From IMG/VR virus record IMGVR_UViG_3300044799_000342, positions 1-51,547 of that record: DNA of 51,547 nucleotides, one strand, 5' to 3'. The translations under genes were made by a program, and so were the position numbers. Positions 35,729 through 43,184 of this stretch are shown one piece after another (within the stretch, counting starts at the first letter, position 1; each line of letters starts with the position of its first letter). The notes under the pieces were generated by a model. That model made no database searches, was not told where the DNA came from, and saw only the letters and a list, made by a program, of their open reading frames with translations. This DNA comes from a virus. Taxonomy: Duplodnaviria > Caudoviricetes.

Positions 35729-36709
35729 TTAGTTGCCCTGCAGCCGGCGCAGGTCGTTCCATGCCCCTCGGAAGTCGCTAACGTCCGCCAAATCGTTGAC
35801 GCCCAGAGCGTTGCAGATCGCATGGTGGTTCTTGAAACCCAGTTGAGTCACGGCGCGGCGCTTGAGGTCGTCGACGGTGGCCGGCGGCACGTCGACCGTG
35901 GGTAAATCATTCCCATTGTCCCCAGGTGCCGGCGGCGGAGTTGAAGGCGTTGCTGGCGGCTTTTCGTCCGCCGCCGGCATCGCTGGCGGTTGCTCGACAA
36001 ATTCACCTTCGGCAAACTCTGCCTCTGGCTCACCATTGGTTCCCTCATCAATCGGACTGTCCAGTTCCTTATCGAAGGTGGGCAGGACTACCTGGGCGAT
36101 CAGGTTCAGGGCGCGACCTTCGGCCCGTTTCATGGCCATGATCGCCGGCTGGGTGATCAGGGGCCGCACCTTCGCCTCGGGATTGCTGGCCAAGTCCATG
36201 ATCTGCGCGGGGTTGTGCGCCGCCCTGGCCGCATCCACCTGGGCTTTGGTCAACCCCAGCTTTTCCGTCTCGCGGGTACTGGGGTAGCGTTCCGATTCGC
36301 GCACCAGGCCATATTGGATCGTGGGGATCGGCGTGCTCTTGCGGTAGAGATGGCAGACCGCCAGCACATCGCCGTGGCGGTTGGCCTGCATGGCTTCACG
36401 GATCACCGGATCGGTCACGATGTTGGGTTGGATCGCGGCGAAGTCGGGGTGCCGCATCGCCAGGCGCCGCCGGCCGTCGATGGTGACGTACAGGCTGCCC
36501 TCGTACACCATGATCTCGCCCGCCAGCGGGTGCAGGCCCAGGCTGATGGCCATTGCCGCGAATTGCCGCATCTTTGCCACCGGCGGCGCCGTCTCGTTGG
36601 GTCGCAGCGACATCATAAAGTAGCGCGACATCGCCTCCTGCCGTTCAACCGTGACCGGCAGGGGCCGGTAACCCACTTCCACCAGGGCTGTCTCATTTCC
36701 GTTCGTCAT
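35729..36709 (-). CDS. RecT/Bet-like ssDNA annealing protein
   Basis: GLHPLAGEI, YVTIDG.R.LA, MAMKRAEGRAL. Confidence 0.75.
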   Translation of the reverse strand: MTNGNETALVEVGYRPLPVTVERQEAMSRYFMMSLRPNETAPPVAKMRQFAAMAISLGLHPLAGEIMVYEGSLYVTIDGRRRLAMRHPDFAAIQPNIVTDPVIREAMQANRHGDVLAVCHLYRKSTPIPTIQYGLVRESERYPSTRETEKLGLTKAQVDAARAAHNPAQIMDLASNPEAKVRPLITQPAIMAMKRAEGRALNLIAQVVLPTFDKELDSPIDEGTNGEPEAEFAEGEFVEQPPAMPAADEKPPATPSTPPPAPGDNGNDLPTVDVPPATVDDLKRRAVTQLGFKNHHAICNALGVNDLADVSDFRGAWNDLRRLQGN

Positions 36710-37101
36710 GGGCGCCTTCCTTTCCAGAGACTAACTACTGGCCGACTGACGGGCGCACACTCGGGCCGTTGGGCTCCCAGTGCGGGCAACTGGCGGCAGA
36801 GCCGGTGATCGCCCCAATTGTGATCGCGGATGATCAAATAAACCAGCCGATTGCGCAAGGGCGTTGGTAGGCCATTGAACTGATCCTCGCGTTGATCGGG
36901 TCGCAGGCGCAGGCCCGTCAGCATGCGATTTTCCTGGCTCGTGGCCGGCACGGCCAGACCGGCGTGGGTCACTTCCTTGCCGCAGAACAGGCTAGTGCCA
37001 CGGCGCACCACGCGGGCGCCGCATTGGGCGCACAACAGCCTTGGCTGGCCCCCCTTGCCCACGTGGGCCGCTTCCACGGCGCGGTCGCGTTCGGTTGTCA
37101 T
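36706..37101 (-). CDS. Hypothetical Zn-finger protein
   Basis: CAQC...C...H; ATGA overlaps. Confidence 0.5.
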   Translation of the reverse strand: MTTERDRAVEAAHVGKGGQPRLLCAQCGARVVRRGTSLFCGKEVTHAGLAVPATSQENRMLTGLRLRPDQREDQFNGLPTPLRNRLVYLIIRDHNWGDHRLCRQLPALGAQRPECAPVSRPVVSLWKGRRP

Positions 37102-37244
37102 CGCAACACCCGCGTGAAGATGATGGCCAGCGCCATAAGGTTCAGCAGTATTTGAGAAAGTCGACGCATCCAAGGTTTACGGTCGGCTAGGCGAGTGGCG
37201 ATGAGGCACATGCCGCTGATTATCATCCAATCGTTAGTAGTCAT
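37098..37244 (-). CDS. Small membrane protein
   Basis: Two short hydrophobic stretches. Confidence 0.4.
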   Translation of the reverse strand: MTTNDWMIISGMCLIATRLADRKPWMRRLSQILLNLMALAIIFTRVLR

Positions 37245-37344
37245 CTGGCTCTCTCTATCGTCGCTTCCCATCCCTGGCTGGCGCGGCCCGAGAAGCTTCC
37301 TTGCGCCGTTAGCGCCGTCCATGCGCCGCCAGCCAGGGAGTCAT

Positions 37345-37374
37345 ACCCTAACCGCTGCGGTTAGGCTATGTCAA
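37345..37374 (-). promoter_or_regulatory. First early promoter + operator
   Basis: TTGACA-18-TAGGGT; TAACCGCTGCGGTTA at 37349-37363. Confidence 0.7.
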
Positions 37375-37423
37375 GGGGGTATGTTGCTATTTTTCTTAGG
37401 GACAGGACTTGCGGGGCGGCAAA

Positions 37424-37612
37424 TTATCGAGAGACGAGGCGAAAGAGCGATCCGCCGCAGCAATCGCAGTTGGACTTTCGCATTCGCAACAGGGGTTCAG
37501 CGTCAGGCTGGACAACCTCAACCGTCTCGCCGTAGCGGCAGGCGTATTCCTTGCCGGTGCTGGGGCCGACGATGGTGCGGGGCCGGTTGCCGCGATACCG
37601 CAGGAGGGGCAT
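37424..37612 (-). CDS. Small Cys-Cys protein (paralog of 13921-14145)
   Basis: RYRG...Y..R.GE...DAEPLL...CDCCGGSLFRLV. Confidence 0.6.
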   Translation of the reverse strand: MPLLRYRGNRPRTIVGPSTGKEYACRYGETVEVVQPDAEPLLRMRKSNCDCCGGSLFRLVSR

Positions 37613-38382
37613 CAGTTCTCCTTGCCGGCCAACCCTCGGATGAACTTCATCTCCATGTAGGCCTGGGTCATCAGTTGATCGTCGCCCGACAGGATCATTC
37701 CGGCCCAGCGCAGCAACAGGTCGGTCAGCGTGGGGTTGGTGGGCAGGGGCACGTTAGCCATGATTCCCTCCAAGAGAAGGTTTCGGTTGAACATATCCAG
37801 GTCAACGTAGACGCCGGCGATCTCGGTGCCGCCGTTGTACTGTTCCCCCACCAGCTGGGCCAGCGTCCAGCCTCCGTAGGGCAGGTTGGCGAAGTCAATA
37901 TCGGGGTCTTGATCCCACAGGGCGTTGACGAGTAGGCAATCCCTAAACGTGCTGGGATTGCCCAGGTAGTCGACCCAGGCCTGGTAACTGGAGTAGATCG
38001 CCCGCCGCTTACCGCCGTAGGCCGGCGTCGCCAGCAGGTCAACGGCCTGGCGCACGGTGGCCCAAGGGATGCCTGCCAACTCCACGTCCACTGGCACCAA
38101 GATCAGGGCCGCCCACAGGTCGTCCGGTACGCCGGCACGGCCCTGTCCGACATGGTAGGCACCGTCGCATGCCCACGTCACCGAGATGTAGCCCAGCGGG
38201 ATCATGCCGGCGGCGATTGCGATCCGCAGGTTTTCGATGCGGTAGGCCGGCTGTTCCGATCCTGTCCAGAGGCATTGCCACCACACCAACTCGCCGCTGG
38301 CGCGCAGTTGGGCCGCCGCCTCGGGCGTCAGCCGCGTATAACTGCCGTCTACGCCAGGAATCCAATCAGCTTGTGGGGGCAT
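37612..38382 (-). CDS. Endolysin, GH25/DUF1906-like
   Basis: GVDGS, VDVE, IYSS..W, GEQY, VDLDMF; in lysis cassette. Confidence 0.7.
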   Translation of the reverse strand: MPPQADWIPGVDGSYTRLTPEAAAQLRASGELVWWQCLWTGSEQPAYRIENLRIAIAAGMIPLGYISVTWACDGAYHVGQGRAGVPDDLWAALILVPVDVELAGIPWATVRQAVDLLATPAYGGKRRAIYSSYQAWVDYLGNPSTFRDCLLVNALWDQDPDIDFANLPYGGWTLAQLVGEQYNGGTEIAGVYVDLDMFNRNLLLEGIMANVPLPTNPTLTDLLLRWAGMILSGDDQLMTQAYMEMKFIRGLAGKEN

Positions 38383-38740
38383 AGGGCATCTCGGGCAGTT
38401 CGCCGCGTGGCAGACTTCGGGCCAGGACCGTGCCGTGATCGGCAACGAAGAACTGGGCCGTCAGTTTGATCATGTCCGCTTCGTCAAAATCCCTGCAACT
38501 GAAGACGTGGACGGCGCCGTAGGGAGCCGGTTCGTCTTTGGGGTTGAGGTGCACGGCGATGTGGGATTCGGCGATCAACTGGATCAGCATCACCTTGTCG
38601 CCGTAGGTGCCGCCGATCTGGTGGATCGCCTGCAGTCCGGTGAGATCCACGGCAGCGGCAATGAACGCCCGCGCCCGTGTGTCCGTCCAGCAGCGCACGG
38701 CATGTTCGGCTGGCGTGGTAAATTCGAGCGCCAGGAACAT
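38366..38740 (-). CDS. speD: S-adenosylmethionine decarboxylase-like proenzyme
   Basis: LIAESHIAVH self-cleavage motif and VFSC. Confidence 0.75.
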   Translation of the reverse strand: MFLALEFTTPAEHAVRCWTDTRARAFIAAAVDLTGLQAIHQIGGTYGDKVMLIQLIAESHIAVHLNPKDEPAPYGAVHVFSCRDFDEADMIKLTAQFFVADHGTVLARSLPRGELPEMPYAPTS

Positions 38741-38753
38741 GGCGTTGGCCCCC

Positions 38754-38975
38754 TTAGATCGGACTCCAGTCGGCTGGCAATGCACCGGCGTCGCGCAGGA
38801 GTTTGCCCAGGGCGGCGATTGCGGAACCGAACGCCGCTGTCCAGTAGGCATCCAGGCCGAGATCCGCGCCGTGGTTGCCAGCCCAGGTCAACGCGGCACC
38901 CGCCCCGATTGCCACGGCCGTGCGACCGAACCGCAGAACGGCCCGTCCAGTCTTCGATTGTAGAAACTTCTGCAT
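38754..38975 (-). CDS. Holin-like protein (2 TM)
   Basis: R..RTAVA; two hydrophobic helices; GK.LR C-terminus. Confidence 0.6.
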   Translation of the reverse strand: MQKFLQSKTGRAVLRFGRTAVAIGAGAALTWAGNHGADLGLDAYWTAAFGSAIAALGKLLRDAGALPADWSPI

Positions 38976-38985
38976 GGTTCGCCTC

Positions 38986-39330
38986 CTAGATATGCCCTGT
39001 CAGTCGTCCGACGACCCAGTAAACACCGCCTCCAACGCCGCCCGTAGTGACGGCCAGACCAAAGGCCCAGACAACCACCCTCCATCCCATCTTGGCCAAA
39101 GCGAAGGCACCGGCCACGCGGGCCTGTTCGACCCTCATGGCCAGGAGGTCTTCCTTTACCTGGGCTAGATCGCCGTTGCGGCCATCGAGTTTCTTCTCTA
39201 TCCTGTCCATCCAATCCTGTTGCCCCTTGCAGAAAGTGGGGAAGGTCTTGTCGTGGAAATTGTCCACCCGTTCCTGTAGGGCAGCTACGGTTACCTCTAG
39301 GGGAAGTGGTTCATGCGCCGGCAAGTTCAA
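38986..39330 (-). CDS. Coiled-coil + C-terminal TM protein (lysis cassette)
   Basis: MDRIEKKLD coil followed by TM; TTG with GGAGG SD. Confidence 0.6.
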   Translation of the reverse strand: MNLPAHEPLPLEVTVAALQERVDNFHDKTFPTFCKGQQDWMDRIEKKLDGRNGDLAQVKEDLLAMRVEQARVAGAFALAKMGWRVVVWAFGLAVTTGGVGGGVYWVVGRLTGHI

Positions 39331-39341
39331 CCTCCACCGGA

Positions 39342-39363
39342 ATGGTCGACAGTTAGCGGGGGG
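39342..39363 (-). promoter_or_regulatory. Putative late promoter of lysis cassette
   Basis: GTCGACCAT at 39342-39350 directly after the sigma stop. Confidence 0.65.
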
Positions 39364-39961
39364 CCAGGCCGATGCGCATGCGGCGCACCGCGTGGCGTCG
39401 CAACTGGCGGGTTTCGTCGGCGTCGGTGCCGAACATGGCGGCGATGTTCTCGGGCGTCTCGCCGGCGTAGTCGCGCATCAGCAGCACCGCCCGCTCGCTG
39501 GCCGGCAGGGCTGCAATCGTGGCTTCCAGATCGGCGGCCACTTCGACGGCCCGCCAGGGGTCGACGCCGTGTCCTTGCCCCGCAACCGTGCCAATCTCCA
39601 ACGGGGGGGCAAATTCGTCAGTTTCGCCGCTGCGGCCCTCGTCGCAGAGTTGCGGGCGGGATACTTCGCGGAAGGCGATCTCAATAGGACGGGCCTGTCC
39701 ATTCCGGCCCAGGCGGCCGTGCCGGCGCCGGAGATCGATCGCGTGCCCTTGCAGACGGAGCCAAAGGAATGAGGTGAACTTGGCGCCCCGTCGTGGATCG
39801 TAGGCGCGAGCTGCGATGGTAGCCTGTTCCCGTAGTTCGGCCAACACGTCGTCGTGTCCCAAGTAGCCGACGCCGTGGAAAATGCCCGCACGGTGGGCCG
39901 CCGCCTCGATCATGCCGGTGACTTTGGGCGATTCGAGGAGGGCGCTTAGGGAATCATTCAC
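39353..39961 (-). CDS. RNA polymerase sigma factor (FliA/WhiG-like)
   Basis: Region 2 AARAYDPRRGAKFTSFLWLRLQGHAIDLRR; region 4 IAALPASERAVL...ENIA.MFG. Confidence 0.85.
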   Translation of the reverse strand: MNDSLSALLESPKVTGMIEAAAHRAGIFHGVGYLGHDDVLAELREQATIAARAYDPRRGAKFTSFLWLRLQGHAIDLRRRHGRLGRNGQARPIEIAFREVSRPQLCDEGRSGETDEFAPPLEIGTVAGQGHGVDPWRAVEVAADLEATIAALPASERAVLLMRDYAGETPENIAAMFGTDADETRQLRRHAVRRMRIGLAPR

Positions 39962-39967
39962 GCGAAC

Positions 39968-39997
39968 ATATTAGGACGCCGCTGGCCGTTCTGGCAA
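39968..39997 (-). promoter_or_regulatory. Sigma70-like promoter for sigma gene (leaderless)
   Basis: TTGCCA-18-TAATAT, GTG 6 nt downstream. Confidence 0.45.
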
Positions 39998-39999
39998 TC

Positions 40000-41214
40000 T
40001 TAGAACAACTGCCCATCCATCAGCACCGGCGGCGGCGTCAGCGGCAGAGTCGCCTCGCTGCATACCCACTGCAACAGCATCTCCGTGACCTGCCACGTCT
40101 CATTCTGGCCGCTGGCCATGGTTTGTACACCCGCGATGATGCTGTCGAGATCGTCGGGAGTCCACACCCCGCTAGACCTCACGAGCGATACGCCATGCAC
40201 GGCATAGGTTGCGGCCGGCGCAGGGAGGGCCAGCGGGCCGGCCAGGTTGCACAGGGAGTCCCCGTTGAACTTCGACCCCGCCGAGTAGCGGTCGATGACG
40301 GTCAAGACAGGCTTGTGAAGGATCGTCGCTCCGGCGGCCATGCCGGTTGCGGCCCGCGACTGCATGGCGGAATCCTGCAACTTAGAGACAGCACCCAATG
40401 GATCGTAGAGATAGGTCGAGTCGCCGTCGTTGGCACCCACATCATCCCAGTCCTGCCAGGCCGCTTCGCCTGAGTTGGGATAGAGCGAGAAGCCCGCATT
40501 AAGCCCCGCGCCCACGGGGTGCTGTGCCAGCACCTTGCCGATGGGCAAGGGAGTCAGATGGGGCGCATCGCCGGGGGTTGTCGACGTAAGGACCCAGTAG
40601 TCGTCGACGTAGAGGGCCGCATCCGATGGGGAAATCAACTTGATGGCGGTCGTGGCAATCGCAGCGGCCTGTGGCGTAGGGACGGCCCACTGGAGTTGAG
40701 AGGAGATGAACAGGCACTGGAAGGTGCAGAGATTTATGCTTCCCCCGCTGGCGGCCGTAAACGGGTCACTAACCCATGCGACATGCTTCAGGGTCGCGCC
40801 GTCCGTTGCGAGACCGACGGGCGACCACGGGCTGTACACGGTCTCTGCGCCGCCAGCCAGTTTGTAGCGCAACTGGAGTTGCCCGCTTGTGTTGCCGTAC
40901 AGGACGAAGCGGTCGTAGGCTGCGCCACCACTAGCATCCAGCACTATCCATTCTGCCGCAGGCGCGTTGCCGAGACACATCCAGCCCTGAGCGCAGAATA
41001 GTTGGTTACCCAGACTGGCGCTGGCATTGTCGGAGTTTCCTTGAGCAGCACCGGTGCCGACCTTGATCGCGCCCGCGCCCGTGTGGACGGGGGAAGTAAC
41101 GCGGGTGCAGTTGTCACCGGCGTGGCCGAACATGGTACGGGTGTAGGAGTCAACCCAGCCATCCCCCAGGGTATCGACCTCGCCGCCTGCAAAGCCTGTA
41201 CACGTCCATGTCAT
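40000..41214 (-). CDS. Tail-associated lectin/ConA-like protein
   Basis: Beta-rich; LYVDD motif; ATGA overlap. Confidence 0.55.
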   Translation of the reverse strand: MTWTCTGFAGGEVDTLGDGWVDSYTRTMFGHAGDNCTRVTSPVHTGAGAIKVGTGAAQGNSDNASASLGNQLFCAQGWMCLGNAPAAEWIVLDASGGAAYDRFVLYGNTSGQLQLRYKLAGGAETVYSPWSPVGLATDGATLKHVAWVSDPFTAASGGSINLCTFQCLFISSQLQWAVPTPQAAAIATTAIKLISPSDAALYVDDYWVLTSTTPGDAPHLTPLPIGKVLAQHPVGAGLNAGFSLYPNSGEAAWQDWDDVGANDGDSTYLYDPLGAVSKLQDSAMQSRAATGMAAGATILHKPVLTVIDRYSAGSKFNGDSLCNLAGPLALPAPAATYAVHGVSLVRSSGVWTPDDLDSIIAGVQTMASGQNETWQVTEMLLQWVCSEATLPLTPPPVLMDGQLF

Positions 41215-41714
41215 AGTGTCGCCAGCTTCGCCTTCACCGTCGCCCACTTGTAGTGGTAGAGATGCGAGCCGTCCGGCCGGACTTCCCAGCCTTCACTGAT
41301 AGCGTTTGGCCGTACCTTCCAGGCCATCGCAGTCTCGACCGCCGTTCGCTGGCCACTCATCTGGCAACCGGCTGTGAATATCGTCGCGTCAACCCAGCGG
41401 TTAGCAGAACTCCAGGTCGGGTATCTGAGGGCGACTTCGACATCGATAGCATTCGCCAAGTCGCGCATGTCGTGAATCCAGGTCAGCACGTTCGGCCCAA
41501 CACGGCCCAGGAGCATCGAGGCGTGAATGAGGTTTGCACTTTCACAGTTGGCGAACATCAGGGCGACCACATCGCCGTTCGTGGTGATGATCGATGTGAT
41601 GAAGGGCAGGGTGAACTTCTCTGCGACGGCCTCCCGCGACCAATACTGGCCGGACGTGGCAACGGCGGTAGACACCGCCGCGAGATCGTCTATTGTCGCT
41701 ATGCGAACTGTCAT
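41211..41714 (-). CDS. Hypothetical protein with GNAT-like N-terminus
   Basis: VRIATIDDL...WS...GDVVA. Confidence 0.45.
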   Translation of the reverse strand: MTVRIATIDDLAAVSTAVATSGQYWSREAVAEKFTLPFITSIITTNGDVVALMFANCESANLIHASMLLGRVGPNVLTWIHDMRDLANAIDVEVALRYPTWSSANRWVDATIFTAGCQMSGQRTAVETAMAWKVRPNAISEGWEVRPDGSHLYHYKWATVKAKLATL

Positions 41715-43183
41715 GCTGTCGGCCTCACAGTCAGGGAGACGGTCACGTAGGTGACGCCGGTACCGGCGGTTGTAACCTTGAGTCCGTAGCGGTCTCCTAT
41801 TGCACCAGTGCTCACGTCGGGAATCCCTGTACTGCCCTGCTTGAAGGGAGTGCCGCCGATGGTGAGTCGGTGCGCCGGATTCGTCCAGATTGTCGTTGCG
41901 GTATCACTGTTGGCGTGGGCCGCGAGTTGCTGGCAGATGTCGAATATCGGCAGCGTATCGGCGGCCTCGCCGAAGTTGGTATGAACGTCAGAACTGATGA
42001 TGGTGTGGGCGAAGGGCAGCGGCGCTTTGAAGATGAGCGTTGTCCCGACCACGCTGGCGAGAATGAGCCATTCGATCACGCGGTCGTTTTGAGGGTTGGC
42101 AACGCCGCCGTAGGCCCCCACCTTATACGTGGCCCGCCCGCCGGCGACACTACCGCTGACCCAGACGCCAGTCCCTTCTTCTAGGTCGAGGATGTGCCCC
42201 CAACCCAGGGCCGCGTCGTTGCGTTCGAAGTCGACGCCCGAGATGCTGGTGGGGATCGCCTGATCGCGGCGCCCGATTCGGTAGGTGGCGCGACCCCCGA
42301 CGAAGGTGCCGCTGATCCATACGCCAACGTCTTCCTCCACGTCGACCACGTTGCCCCAGCCCAACAGTACCCCGTCATATTCGAAACTGACGCCGGAAAT
42401 CGACGTTGGTGCGGCCGGTGCAGGGTACGCGCCCACGTCGTAGCGGGCTTCGCCCCCAACGAACGTGCCCGAAATCCAGATGCCCGCCCTGGCCCTGATG
42501 TCGGCGGCGTGGCCGAAGCCGGTGTGTAAATCGTTGGCTGCCCAGTCCACGCCGCTGATCGAGGTGGCTGCCGCCGGCGCGGGATATGCTCCCACGTCGT
42601 ATATCGCTTCGCCGGCCACGAATGACCCGCTGATCCAGACACCCGTGCGGGCGCGCAAGTCCGCCGCTGCGCCCAGGCCGAGTAGGGCACCGTTGGCGCT
42701 CCAGTCCACGCCCGATATGCCGCCGCCACCACCGCCGGCACAGCCGGCGTACAGGCCGATGTCGTATGTCGGCCGGCCGGCCACCAGTTGCCCGCTGATC
42801 CACAGGCAGTTGCCAGGACGCAGGTTTACCTCTAGAGCACCCCCGATCAGTACACCGTCGTCATACCAGGCCACCGTCCCGCTGGCACCGCCGCCGCCCG
42901 TGGCGTAAGCCCCGATGGTGTAGTAGGCGCGGCCGGCCAGGAATATGCCGGAGATCCACACGCCGGCGCCGGCGATCAGGTCGGCCTTGGTGCCACTGCC
43001 CAGCAGGTTGCCGTTCCAGAACCACGAGGTGGGGGCGTTGGCGGCGGGGATGACGCCCTGGATCACGTCGGCGCGGATGTTGTCGCCGGCGGTCACGGCC
43101 TCGACGCGCCGCTTCAGGGCGCGTATTTCGACGCCCTGTTCCCGCAGGGCATCCCAAACGTCGCCGGCTTGGCCCATCGTCAT
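41711..43183 (-). CDS. Tail fibre-like protein with six ~50-aa W(I/V)SG repeats
   Basis: N-terminal coil, six repeats, C-terminal beta-sandwich. Confidence 0.7.
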   Translation of the reverse strand: MTMGQAGDVWDALREQGVEIRALKRRVEAVTAGDNIRADVIQGVIPAANAPTSWFWNGNLLGSGTKADLIAGAGVWISGIFLAGRAYYTIGAYATGGGGASGTVAWYDDGVLIGGALEVNLRPGNCLWISGQLVAGRPTYDIGLYAGCAGGGGGGISGVDWSANGALLGLGAAADLRARTGVWISGSFVAGEAIYDVGAYPAPAAATSISGVDWAANDLHTGFGHAADIRARAGIWISGTFVGGEARYDVGAYPAPAAPTSISGVSFEYDGVLLGWGNVVDVEEDVGVWISGTFVGGRATYRIGRRDQAIPTSISGVDFERNDAALGWGHILDLEEGTGVWVSGSVAGGRATYKVGAYGGVANPQNDRVIEWLILASVVGTTLIFKAPLPFAHTIISSDVHTNFGEAADTLPIFDICQQLAAHANSDTATTIWTNPAHRLTIGGTPFKQGSTGIPDVSTGAIGDRYGLKVTTAGTGVTYVTVSLTVRPTA

Positions 43184-43184
43184 G

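Noticed and set aside
41711-43183. Repeats as DGR template/variable regions
   Set aside because: No reverse transcriptase seen; differences between copies are not adenine-restricted
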